NCBI GenBank assembly: GCA_019114925.1
Contig: DXEO01000114.1
Location: 192 to 64,191, forward strand
Direction of reading: 5' to 3'
Source of the DNA: Candidatus Corynebacterium faecipullorum
GTDB lineage: Bacteria; Actinomycetota; Actinomycetes; Mycobacteriales; Mycobacteriaceae
DNA length: 64,000 bases
The position numbers and the translations under genes were made by a program. Position 1 is the first letter of the stretch, and every line of letters starts with the position of its first letter. The notes beneath the pieces were generated by a model. That model did no database searches, was not told the DNA's origin, and was given only the letters and a program-made list of their open reading frames with translations. This document shows positions 1-8,778 of this stretch, piece by piece.

Positions 1-232
1 GGGCCCCGGGCAGGGCAGGTGATTGGGTCCGATCCAGGATCTCGTCAGTATGGCGAAGCTTGGCGGTGGCCAGCCACAGCACCACGGCCACCTCTACCCC
101 AACAATCAGAGCCGCCCATGGTGCAACGGAACGCACGACGAGCAAACCCGCGATGAGGCCGGCTAGACCCGTGCGCTGCCAGGCTAAGCGGGTGCGCTCG
201 GGTTGGAGGCCGGGATCAAAAAGCTCGCTCAC
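1..232 (-). CDS. DUF202 (YidH/YidG-like) membrane protein, 3' end outside window
   Basis: Not in ORF track. My translation from GTG at 232 gives MSELFDPGLQPERTRLAWQRTG, the DUF202 ERT-x-LAW-x-RT motif. GTGA overlap with the stop of the upstream gene. Confidence 0.85.
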   Translation of the reverse strand, partial: MSELFDPGLQPERTRLAWQRTGLAGLIAGLLVVRSVAPWAALIVGVEVAVVLWLATAKLRHTDEILDRTQSPALPGA

Positions 233-591
233 GCTAGCAGCTCGCCCACCAGAATCATCAGCCCGATGATGATCACCACACCAACGATCAGCGCCAACGC
301 CGGGCTAGCCGGGAGCGGACGCCCATGGCGCATCGCGCGCTCGGAGGCACCCCAGTGAAACCACGCCACTGCCGGCAGGATGATGGCGACGATCAGCATG
401 ATGACGGAGACGACGCGAGTCAGCGTTGTGTTCAGCGGCAGCTCGAAAGTCTCCAGAGCCACACCACCGGCGATAAAGGCCAAGGACGTACGAATCCACG
501 CCAGGAACGTGCGCTCATTAGCCATGCTGAAGCGCGGGTCGGGTTCCTCCCCTGTTCCATACACCGAGCCCGGGAAACGTGCCTTCGTCAT
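229..591 (-). CDS. YidH/DUF202 family membrane protein
   Basis: EPDPRFSMANERTFLAWIRT motif, three hydrophobic segments, TACAGT-N7-ATG leaderless-type promoter. Confidence 0.9.
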   Translation of the reverse strand: MTKARFPGSVYGTGEEPDPRFSMANERTFLAWIRTSLAFIAGGVALETFELPLNTTLTRVVSVIMLIVAIILPAVAWFHWGASERAMRHGRPLPASPALALIVGVVIIIGLMILVGELLA

Positions 592-646
592 AGGCGCTAC
601 TGTAGCGCCCCGCTCCTCACTCCACAGTGCGAGGCGCGAATAGGCG

Positions 647-2695
647 CTACATCAGCTTGGTCTTCTCCAAGGTCTCTACCCAGCCGTTGGTGAATTTCTC
701 CAACGGTTTGTGGAAGACCACGCCCAATACGAGCATCGGTACGGCAAAGAGCAAGAGAGCGAACAGGGAGAGCCAGAAATCACCGTGATAGGTTCCGGCG
801 ATGGCCGCGCGGAGTGCACGAATGGTGTAGGTCGCTGGCAGCCAGGGGCTGATGTTCTGGAACCACTCCGGAAGCACCTGCAACGGGTAAGCACCGCCGG
901 AGGAGGACACCTGAACCACCAACATCAGCACCGCCAAGGCTTTACCAGCGTTGGCGAAGGAGACCACGAAGGTATAGCAAATCAGCATAAAGATGAGCGA
1001 GCTAACCCAGCCCGCCAACAGCATGAGAATCGGGTGGGCAGGCTCGATACCCACGAAGAAGATGAGACCCAAAATGAGCATCGTCGACTGCATGAGACCA
1101 ACCGCAGCGAACATTCCAAAGCGGCCGAAGAAGCGCTGCATCGGCGAGTACTTGTCCTTGTCCACAACATCCGTGCGTACGCTCACCGCAGTCAGCAGCG
1201 CACCCACCCACAGCGCCAGCGCCGTGTACATCGGCGTCATGCCGGCGCCGAAGCTCTTGACGGGGTAGACCGCCTGCCTGTCGACGTCCACCGGAGCCGC
1301 AATCGCGTGCGCCAGAGCATCCGGATCGGAGCCGATGAGGTCCGCCAGCTTCTTCAGATCCCCGGATGCCGCAGCGGAGTCGATATCCTTCCGCAGGTCG
1401 CCGAACTTGTTGGCTTTATCCTGCAGGCCAGAGGCGAGCTTCTGTACCGCATCCCGCGCATCCGTCAAAGACGATGAATCAATGGTGACAGGAGTCTTCG
1501 CAGTATCCAGATCCGCGCTTACCTGGCCCAGGGAATCCTGCAGCGCGCGCAGAGATTCACGCAGACCAGAGGTGGAGATTCCTTCCACTGCCTTCTTGGC
1601 ATCATCGAGGCTGGAGAGATCCGGCTTCGTCGGTTCGGGAGCGTTCGCGGCCGCCGTGAGGCGCGCGTGGAGAGTTCGCTGCGCGTCGATGGCTTCCTCG
1701 ATACGGCTGAGCGCCTTCTCCTTATCCCCGGCAGGAAGCGGCAGGGCCTCAATGTGGCCGTGCAGGTTCTGATACTGGGCAATGGTGCCTTCTACCTGGC
1801 CGGCCAAGGTGTTGAGCGCGGCGACGCGGTCGGCACGGGAGGCGGAGGCGTCGTCGTAAAGCGCATCAATGCGTTGGCGCACCACGTCATAACTAGCACT
1901 GGTGGCATCGAGGGATTGCTGCAAGGCGTCCGTAGAAACGTTGAGCGAGGAGGACTGGACCTCCGGCAGCTCTAGGTCCGCCGAGTCCGCGATGCGTTGG
2001 GCGCTTTCCATGAGCGGAACTGCGGTATCCACAAGGCCAGCCAGGGAACGTGCGGTACGCGCGGCCATATCCAGCTGGGTCTGCACACCATCCGCGCGCG
2101 CCTGCATCCGGTCCAACACAGCCTTGGTATCGCCCTGGCTCAAGAAATCGGAGAGTGAGGTAACCAGGTCGAAGGAGACATCACCGACCGTCGTGGTGAA
2201 GGCCTCGGCCACTTGAGCCGACACGCCCTCTGCACCCTGACCTGTAATCTTCGGCGCCAGCGCATTCTTCTTTTCATTCATATAGAAGGACAAATCCGCA
2301 GGCTGGGAACCATCCGTGTAGAAGTTCATCATGTCGGTACTGAAATCTTCCGGAAGCACGATGGCTGCGTAATACTCACCGGACTTGGTACCTTCAATCG
2401 CCTCATCGGAGGTGGTCACAACCCAATCCAGCTGCTCGTTCGCGCGCAGCTCATTGAGCACCTGGTCGCCAACGTTGATGGGCACCGGCAACAGATCGCT
2501 CTCATAACCAGTGTCCTTGCTGGCCACCGCCACCTTGAGCTGGCTGGTGTTATCGAAGGGATCCCAGCTGGCCAGCACGTTGAACCAGGTAAACAGCATC
2601 GGGATGACAACGAGACCCACGAGCATCACCGCACTCATCACGTTGCGGCATGCGATGCGCATGTCGTTGAGGAAAAGATCGAGTGTTCCACGCAT
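647..2695 (-). CDS. YhgE/Pip family membrane protein (second of pair)
   Basis: N-terminal TM + WDPF, long helical ectodomain, C-terminal multi-TM with SSGGAYP motif. Start overlaps upstream stop (TAATG). Confidence 0.92.
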   Translation of the reverse strand: MRGTLDLFLNDMRIACRNVMSAVMLVGLVVIPMLFTWFNVLASWDPFDNTSQLKVAVASKDTGYESDLLPVPINVGDQVLNELRANEQLDWVVTTSDEAIEGTKSGEYYAAIVLPEDFSTDMMNFYTDGSQPADLSFYMNEKKNALAPKITGQGAEGVSAQVAEAFTTTVGDVSFDLVTSLSDFLSQGDTKAVLDRMQARADGVQTQLDMAARTARSLAGLVDTAVPLMESAQRIADSADLELPEVQSSSLNVSTDALQQSLDATSASYDVVRQRIDALYDDASASRADRVAALNTLAGQVEGTIAQYQNLHGHIEALPLPAGDKEKALSRIEEAIDAQRTLHARLTAAANAPEPTKPDLSSLDDAKKAVEGISTSGLRESLRALQDSLGQVSADLDTAKTPVTIDSSSLTDARDAVQKLASGLQDKANKFGDLRKDIDSAAASGDLKKLADLIGSDPDALAHAIAAPVDVDRQAVYPVKSFGAGMTPMYTALALWVGALLTAVSVRTDVVDKDKYSPMQRFFGRFGMFAAVGLMQSTMLILGLIFFVGIEPAHPILMLLAGWVSSLIFMLICYTFVVSFANAGKALAVLMLVVQVSSSGGAYPLQVLPEWFQNISPWLPATYTIRALRAAIAGTYHGDFWLSLFALLLFAVPMLVLGVVFHKPLEKFTNGWVETLEKTKLM

Positions 2696-5235
2696 TAGTT
2701 ATCCCCCTCAGTGGAGTCGGCCCCGATGCGAGCCGGATGTTTGATGTCATCCTCATCCAGCGTCACCAGCTCTGCGGACTGCTTCAGGCTAATGCGCAAG
2801 TACTCCAGGGTGACCGCAGCGATAATGATGAGGAAGCACCACGCCGTCCAAATAGCCAGAAGCAGCGGCTTCTGGTCGGGCAAGAGACCCGAGACAACGA
2901 TGAGGATTACCACGCCAATAACGCCGGCAATGCCCACCAGCTTGAGCCAGTAGCCCCAGTCATGAGCGCGGCGGTCCAGGTCCTTCTTGAGGCCGCTGCG
3001 GCTATCCAGCGCCTGGATAACGTCCGCGATGCGGTAGCCGGAGCCAACCACCTGCACGTTTTCATAGTCGAAGAGCTCGGTGTCCCGCAGCTCGCGGTTG
3101 AAAATGACGTTGAAGTGCGCCAATGCCTTGCGCAGCAGCAGGCCGAAGACAAAGAACAGAATGAACATGAAGGCGAGCACGCCCATGTTCTTGAAATAGT
3201 GGTTGCCGTAGAAGCCACCGATAGTTTCGCGCATGGCGTCGATGCCATACGTGAAGGGCAGCAATGGGTAGATGGTGTGGAAGAAGTTGGGCAACAGCTC
3301 AATCGGGTACAGGCCCGAGGCACCCGGAATCTGAATGATGACGAAGACCACGCAGAGGCCACGTCCCAGGTGCCCCAGGGAGGAGGACAATGCGTAGATG
3401 ATGCTCAAGTAGGCCAGCCCCACAAGCACGCCTGTCAGGACGAAAGCAGGCGCGTTCACGGTCTGCACGCCGATGAGCAGATCACCGACGGTCACCGTGA
3501 CGGCCTGGACGATGACCATCAGGGCCATGAGGAGGAAACGGCCCATGTAGGCCTGGCCCACCGTGACGCGGTGGAAGCCTTCCTTATCCACCTCAACCCG
3601 GAAGATCACCATGAGGACGAAGGCACCAATCCACAGTGAGAGGTTGGTAAACAGCGCCGCCATGGCGGAGCCGTAGCTGTCCACCGGGTACACGGTTTCG
3701 GTCTTCAGCTCGATGGGCTCGGCAAAGAACTTACCGATTTCTTCCGCGTCCAGCCCGGTGACATCTTGAACGACTTTGGAGTTCATCGCAGCACGCAGCG
3801 AGCCCACATCGCCCTGCATAGCGCGCAGGCTGTCCTGCAGGGCAAGGAGGTTGGCATCGAAATCGGACAAGGTGTCCTTCGTGGCCCGCAGCTGCTGGGC
3901 CACACCATCTAGGAGACCGTCTGCCTCCTGCATGGTGCCCTTCTGGGCTTCCAGGGTGGAGCTCAAAGCACTCGCCATGGAGCTCAGATTGCTCATGGCG
4001 CGGTTGATTTCGGGCACGGCGGAAGTCACGGTATCGCGCAGCGTCTGCGACGTGGCCTTGGTATCGGCTGCCGCCTGGTTGATGGCCTCCGCGCTAGCCT
4101 GCACGTTGTCCGCCGCGGCCTGGGTATCCTTGCTCAGCGCATTGAGGTTCCCCACCAGCTGGCGGTTGGATTCATTACCCTCATCGAGGCGCTGGATGGC
4201 GTCATCAATTTCCTTGGCCACCTGCGGTGAGAGCGTTGCGGAATCGCGCAGGGCTTTAAGCTGCGCAATCGATTCCGCACTCGCGTCAATAGCGGTGTTG
4301 GCCCGCTGCGTGGCGTAATCGAAGCGATCACCGGCCTGGTTAAGGCCAGCGGTGACATCCGCGATGGATTCTTGCGCCTGGGCGGTACCGTCCGCCACCG
4401 CACTTGCACCACTAACGAAGGCACCGGTGGTTTTATCGGTGAAGTCCCCGATACCGCCTTGGGCCTGTTCGACCAGGGAGGAGACCTCGGCGAGGGCTGT
4501 TTGGGCGTCGCCCAGCGCGGTGCTCACATCAGCCACCGTAGACTTGGCGCCCAACGTGGAGTCAGCGGCGGCATCAAGTTTGGCTTGGATGCGCGCGAGG
4601 TTCTCGCGATTGCCGTCGATCTCCTGCGCGGTCTCCCCGAACGCGGAGCTGGTGTTGTTCATCGCGCGCGTGACTTTTCGCTCGAAGTCAGTACCGGTGT
4701 CCTTGACGTTCTCCGCCGCGACAGTGGCCACCTGCTCTTTGAAAGCCGCCGTGATCTGCTTGTCCAGACCTTTGGCACCGGTATCCGTGATCTTCACGGC
4801 GATGGCGTTGTTTTTCTCGTTGACGCGGTAAACCAGTTGCGGCTGCGTGAACTTCCCGTCGAGCATGCTCACGAGGTTCTCGCTGAAGTCCTCAGGAATC
4901 GTCACCGAGGCATACACGTCCCCCTCTAAAAGGGCTTTCTCGGCTTCGTCGCGATCAAGGAATTGCCAGCCTAGCTGGTCATTCTTCTTGAGTTTCTCAA
5001 TGACCTCGCTGCCTACATCTATCTTCCCCGTCAGCTCGTTGTTAGCACCCTTATCCTCGTTGACCACGGCCACCTTGATGTTGTTGGTATGGCCATAAGG
5101 ATCACGAAAAGCCGCGATGTTCACCCATGAATACAACGCGGGGGTGATGATAAGCCCGATGAGGATGATCCACGCCCTGGGGACGCGGCCAAGCCTGGCT
5201 ACATCTCTGATAAAAATCTTCCAACTTTGGCGCAC
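2695..5235 (-). CDS. YhgE/Pip family membrane protein (first of pair)
   Basis: DPYG...VAVVNEDKG N-terminal motif, coiled-coil-like middle, GASGLYPIE C-terminal motif. TACACT-N7-GTG promoter. Confidence 0.92.
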   Translation of the reverse strand: MRQSWKIFIRDVARLGRVPRAWIILIGLIITPALYSWVNIAAFRDPYGHTNNIKVAVVNEDKGANNELTGKIDVGSEVIEKLKKNDQLGWQFLDRDEAEKALLEGDVYASVTIPEDFSENLVSMLDGKFTQPQLVYRVNEKNNAIAVKITDTGAKGLDKQITAAFKEQVATVAAENVKDTGTDFERKVTRAMNNTSSAFGETAQEIDGNRENLARIQAKLDAAADSTLGAKSTVADVSTALGDAQTALAEVSSLVEQAQGGIGDFTDKTTGAFVSGASAVADGTAQAQESIADVTAGLNQAGDRFDYATQRANTAIDASAESIAQLKALRDSATLSPQVAKEIDDAIQRLDEGNESNRQLVGNLNALSKDTQAAADNVQASAEAINQAAADTKATSQTLRDTVTSAVPEINRAMSNLSSMASALSSTLEAQKGTMQEADGLLDGVAQQLRATKDTLSDFDANLLALQDSLRAMQGDVGSLRAAMNSKVVQDVTGLDAEEIGKFFAEPIELKTETVYPVDSYGSAMAALFTNLSLWIGAFVLMVIFRVEVDKEGFHRVTVGQAYMGRFLLMALMVIVQAVTVTVGDLLIGVQTVNAPAFVLTGVLVGLAYLSIIYALSSSLGHLGRGLCVVFVIIQIPGASGLYPIELLPNFFHTIYPLLPFTYGIDAMRETIGGFYGNHYFKNMGVLAFMFILFFVFGLLLRKALAHFNVIFNRELRDTELFDYENVQVVGSGYRIADVIQALDSRSGLKKDLDRRAHDWGYWLKLVGIAGVIGVVILIVVSGLLPDQKPLLLAIWTAWCFLIIIAAVTLEYLRISLKQSAELVTLDEDDIKHPARIGADSTEGDN

Positions 5236-5421
5236 TGAAGGCAGTGTACCCGTTGAAGCTTCGAGTCTCTAACCTGCCGAAACCCATAAAGTAATTTCCA
5301 TGATTAACAATTAACAATTGATATGGTTTGCTGAAACAAAACCCTTGCCCCACACCCTGCCAACCTGTAGTGACAAACAAAGTTTTTTAACGTTCCCCCT
5401 ACCCCACTACAATCGGCGGCC

Positions 5422-5814
5422 ATGATTGAAGTCGCAGCCGTCGTCATCCGCAACCCGCAAGGCCACGTGCTCACCGTGCGCAAGAAGTCCTCCACCAAGT
5501 ACCAGCTGCCCGGCGGCAAGCCTGAGAAAGGCGAGGCGCTTGTCGACGCCGCCCTGCGTGAAGTCGCCGAAGAAGTAGGCCTCACCCTCGACGCCGAGAG
5601 CCTCAACGAACTCGGCACCTTCGACGCTCCCGCCGCCAACGAACCAGGCGAGGTCGTCGTCGGCACCATCTTCACCTGCACCCGCACCGTCACCGCCGAC
5701 GAACCCCACGCCGCCGCCGAAATTGGCGACACCGCCTGGGTCAACCCAGCAGCACCCGACCGCGAGCTTGCGCATCTGTTGCGTAACCGCGTCTTCCCCG
5801 CACTGGCAGGGTAG
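5422..5814 (+). CDS. NUDIX hydrolase
   Basis: Nudix box GGKPEKGEALVDAALREVAEEVG. TACAAT-N7-ATG promoter. Confidence 0.92.
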   Translation: MIEVAAVVIRNPQGHVLTVRKKSSTKYQLPGGKPEKGEALVDAALREVAEEVGLTLDAESLNELGTFDAPAANEPGEVVVGTIFTCTRTVTADEPHAAAEIGDTAWVNPAAPDRELAHLLRNRVFPALAG

Positions 5815-5827
5815 GTACGTTTCTTAC

Positions 5828-5868
5828 AAATAAGGCCCCTGATCCCGCGGATTTTCGGGGCTTATTTG
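5828..5868 (+). terminator. hairpin downstream of NUDIX gene, probable terminator
   Basis: Imperfect inverted repeat AAATAAGGCCCC...GGGGCTTATTT. Confidence 0.5.
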
Positions 5869-5911
5869 ATCGATATGCACTTGCTTGCCCCGGAAAAGCC
5901 GTTGCCAATAA

Positions 5912-5958
5912 CAAAACGCAGAACCCGAGCCACCGGTGAGACGATGACTCGGGTTCTG
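5912..5958 (-). terminator. probable intrinsic terminator of tRNA-Ser(GCT)
   Basis: CAGAACCCGAG / CTCGGGTTCTG inverted repeat just 3' of the tRNA, followed by TTTTG on the minus strand. Confidence 0.65.
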
Positions 5959-5965
5959 TAGTTTG

Positions 5966-6054
5966 CGGAGACGAGAGGATTTGAACCTCCGGACCTACGC
6001 AAGTAAGTCAACTCCTTAGCAGGGAGCCCCATTCGGCCGCTCTGGCACGTCTCC
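5966..6054 (-). tRNA. tRNA-Ser(GCT)
   Basis: Reverse complement GGAGACG...CCT-GCT-AAG...GGTTCAAATCC...CGTCTCCG. Long variable arm, CCA not encoded. Confidence 0.96.
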
Positions 6055-6132
6055 AGCGATTCGCAATGAACCGTCCATCACTCTACCTGAGGGCTTCCCC
6101 TAGGGACAAAATGGGGCTTCCCTATTCTTTCC

Positions 6133-7254
6133 CTAAAGGGCCGCATGCAGCTTGAGGGCCACGTAGAGAGCCGCGCAGCGCCAGCCATCATCCAGCACGC
6201 CGGGCCCGAGAATCTCACGCACGCGGTCTAGGCGGTAATGCAGCGTGGCGCGGTGAATGTAGAGCGCGGCGGCGGTCGCAGAGACGTTGCGGGAATGCTC
6301 AAAGTAGGTCAGCAGGGTGTGCCAGTAGGAGTTGCGGGGGTCGTCGAGAAGCACCGCGGCATCCGGGCTCATCGCCACCACCGTCGCGGGGGTCAGCTCC
6401 CACCCGCGCAGCAGGCGCCACGCGCCGGCCTCCTCCCAGCGCAGCGAATCCTGGCCGCAGAGTTTGGCCACGTCCGCCATGAGTCGCGCCTGCGGGGCCG
6501 TCGGCGCCGAGCCGCGCGCCACCACCTCAGCGCCGGCGACAAGCGCAGCACTCTGTAGCTCCTCCATGAGGGCCTCAGTGTCCTTGTCATCGCGACGACA
6601 CTCAACGAGCACGAGGGAATCGTGAGAATCCGCGACCAAGAAGGGCCGGCGCACCAACGGGCGGGCAAGTTCCACGGCCACCGCGCGCTGATCGCCTTCC
6701 ACCAGCACACGATGCACGGTCAGCTCCCCATCGGAGGGCAAGAGATCGCGCTCCCGGGCACCCGCCAGCGCGGCCGGATCACCGGTGAGCACCTCGCGGG
6801 CCAGCTCACCGAGCTGCTGGGCGCGGGCAGCGAGGGGAGCATCGCGTTCGTCGATAAGCCTGGCCAGCGGAGCTGTTAGTGAACCGAGGCGAACCAAAGG
6901 GGCGTCGCCCAGCGCGGGCTCATCAATAATCCACAGATAACCCACCAGCCGGTCCTCGTGCCGCAGAGGAATGACCACGCGGGGCAGCATGTCATAACGC
7001 GGGTTGGCGGGCAGGCGCACCGGCAGCACAGCCTCCTGGATGCCGAAGCTGAGCATCCACGGGATGGGCTCCGGGGGTGGGGTGCGATTAAGAATAGAGG
7101 CCGCCCGGTTCTTGTCGATGGCGCCAATCTGGGCACTAGCCGCAATCACCGCGATGGCGGGGGTGGTTACCTCCACGGAGCGCTGCAGGATCTGGGCGCA
7201 TTCGTCGACGATATCCTGAATGCTCGTCAGCTGCGGGGGTGTCACTTTTGACAT
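6133..7254 (-). CDS. PucR/CdaR family transcriptional regulator
   Basis: C-terminal HTH NVSATAAALYIHRATLHYRLDRV, N-terminal GAF-like region, divergent from permease. Confidence 0.9.
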   Translation of the reverse strand: MSKVTPPQLTSIQDIVDECAQILQRSVEVTTPAIAVIAASAQIGAIDKNRAASILNRTPPPEPIPWMLSFGIQEAVLPVRLPANPRYDMLPRVVIPLRHEDRLVGYLWIIDEPALGDAPLVRLGSLTAPLARLIDERDAPLAARAQQLGELAREVLTGDPAALAGARERDLLPSDGELTVHRVLVEGDQRAVAVELARPLVRRPFLVADSHDSLVLVECRRDDKDTEALMEELQSAALVAGAEVVARGSAPTAPQARLMADVAKLCGQDSLRWEEAGAWRLLRGWELTPATVVAMSPDAAVLLDDPRNSYWHTLLTYFEHSRNVSATAAALYIHRATLHYRLDRVREILGPGVLDDGWRCAALYVALKLHAAL

Positions 7255-7262
7255 ATGTCAAA
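7247..7262. promoter_or_regulatory. perfect 16-bp palindrome, candidate operator of the PucR-family regulator
   Basis: TTTGACATATGTCAAA covers the regulator start codon, about 105 bp upstream of the permease start. Confidence 0.6.
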
Positions 7263-7367
7263 GATACTTCCGAATATTGTCTAGTGACAAACAAAACTGT
7301 GGTGCGCAATAATCTCCTACAGTTCAATGACTCACGTCACAGATATACGTTCATGAAGGGCGTCTAC

Positions 7368-8765
7368 ATGACCACAACCAACCATCCCGTCAGGGCACAG
7401 GACGTTGTCGCCAGCGACAACACCAGTGCAGACGACGGCCTGCAGCGCGGCATGAAGTCGCGCCACCTGCAGATGATCGCTTTTGGCTCGTGCATCGGCA
7501 CGGGCCTCTTCTTAGGCTCCGGCGCCTCCATCCAGGAGGCCGGCCCCGGCGTTATCGCGGCCTACGCCATCGGCGGCTTCATCATCTTCCTCATCATGCG
7601 CATGCTCGGTGAGATGGCCGTGGAGCACCCCGTCGCCGGCTCCTTCAGCGCCTACGCCCGCGAATACATCGGGCCCATCGCCGGCTTTGTCACCGGCTGG
7701 AACTGGTGGTTTACCACCATCGTCGTCGGCATGGTGGAGCTCACCGCCGCGGGCACCATCATGGATTTCTGGTTCCCCGGCATCCCGCACTGGCTCACCG
7801 CGCTCGTTGCTCTCGTCATCGTCACCGCTATCAACCTGGTGCACGTCGGCGCCTTCGCCGAGGCGGAATTCTGGCTTTCCCTCATCAAGGTTGTCGCGCT
7901 CATCCTCATGATCGTCGTCGGCGCGGCCATCGTCTTCGGCCTCACCCCGGAGCCCGCCCTTGGGCTAAGCAACATCACCGAGCACGGCGGCTTCTTCCCC
8001 AACGGTGCCACCGGCGTGCTCTTCTCCCTCGTAGCGGTGATTTTCTCCTTCGGCGGCATCATCTCCATCGGCACCGCCGCGGGCGAGGCACAGGATCCCG
8101 CTAAAAGCCTGCCCAAGGCCATCAACAACGTGATCTGGCGCATCCTCATCTTCTACGTCGGCGGCATCGGCATCATCGTGCTGCTCGCTCCGTGGAACGA
8201 ACTTGATACCTCCACCTCACCCTTCGTGCGCGCGCTGAGCACCCTGGGCATTACGGCCGCCGCCACGGGCCTCAACCTCATCGTGCTGGTCGCGGCCGTC
8301 TCCGTGTTCAACACCATGACCTTCTCTGGCGCGCGCATGCTGCGGGATCTCTCCCGCGGCGGCCAGGCTCCGCCCTTCTTCAACTCCGTGAGCGCTAAGG
8401 GCGTGCCGGTTCGCGCCTTACTCTTCAACTCCCTGCTCATGGGCTCGGCGGTGCTGCTTAACTTCCTCTTCGAGGGCAAAATCCTGATTGTTCTCCTCGC
8501 CATCATCGTCGGCGCGGAGCTCATCTCCTGGTCCGCCATTGCCGTGGCACACCTGAACTTCCGCAAGCGCTGCCCGAACGCCGCCTTCCGCGCGCCCCTC
8601 TACCCCATCGCTAACTACCTGTGCTTGGCCTTCTTCGCGCTCGTCATCGTTTTGATGTTCATGCTGCCGGACTACCGCACCGGCGCCATTGTCCTACCCT
8701 GTTGGATTGTGACCTTGGCCCTCATCTGGCTGGGCAAGAAGCGCCACGACGCACGAAAGAAATAG
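7368..8765 (+). CDS. APC family amino-acid permease (AroP/PheP-like)
   Basis: RHLQMIAFGSCIGTGLFLGSG and AEAEFWLSLIKV motifs, about 12 TMs. Start moved to the ATG after a GAAGGG RBS. Confidence 0.92.
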   Translation: MTTTNHPVRAQDVVASDNTSADDGLQRGMKSRHLQMIAFGSCIGTGLFLGSGASIQEAGPGVIAAYAIGGFIIFLIMRMLGEMAVEHPVAGSFSAYAREYIGPIAGFVTGWNWWFTTIVVGMVELTAAGTIMDFWFPGIPHWLTALVALVIVTAINLVHVGAFAEAEFWLSLIKVVALILMIVVGAAIVFGLTPEPALGLSNITEHGGFFPNGATGVLFSLVAVIFSFGGIISIGTAAGEAQDPAKSLPKAINNVIWRILIFYVGGIGIIVLLAPWNELDTSTSPFVRALSTLGITAAATGLNLIVLVAAVSVFNTMTFSGARMLRDLSRGGQAPPFFNSVSAKGVPVRALLFNSLLMGSAVLLNFLFEGKILIVLLAIIVGAELISWSAIAVAHLNFRKRCPNAAFRAPLYPIANYLCLAFFALVIVLMFMLPDYRTGAIVLPCWIVTLALIWLGKKRHDARKK

Positions 8766-8778
8766 AAAGGACCCTCTC

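Noticed and set aside
6091-6124. Short direct repeat GGGCTTCCC(C)TA near the tRNA promoter as an att site
   Set aside because: Copies are adjacent, lie on the tRNA 5' side, and no partner copy was seen at the far end of the module
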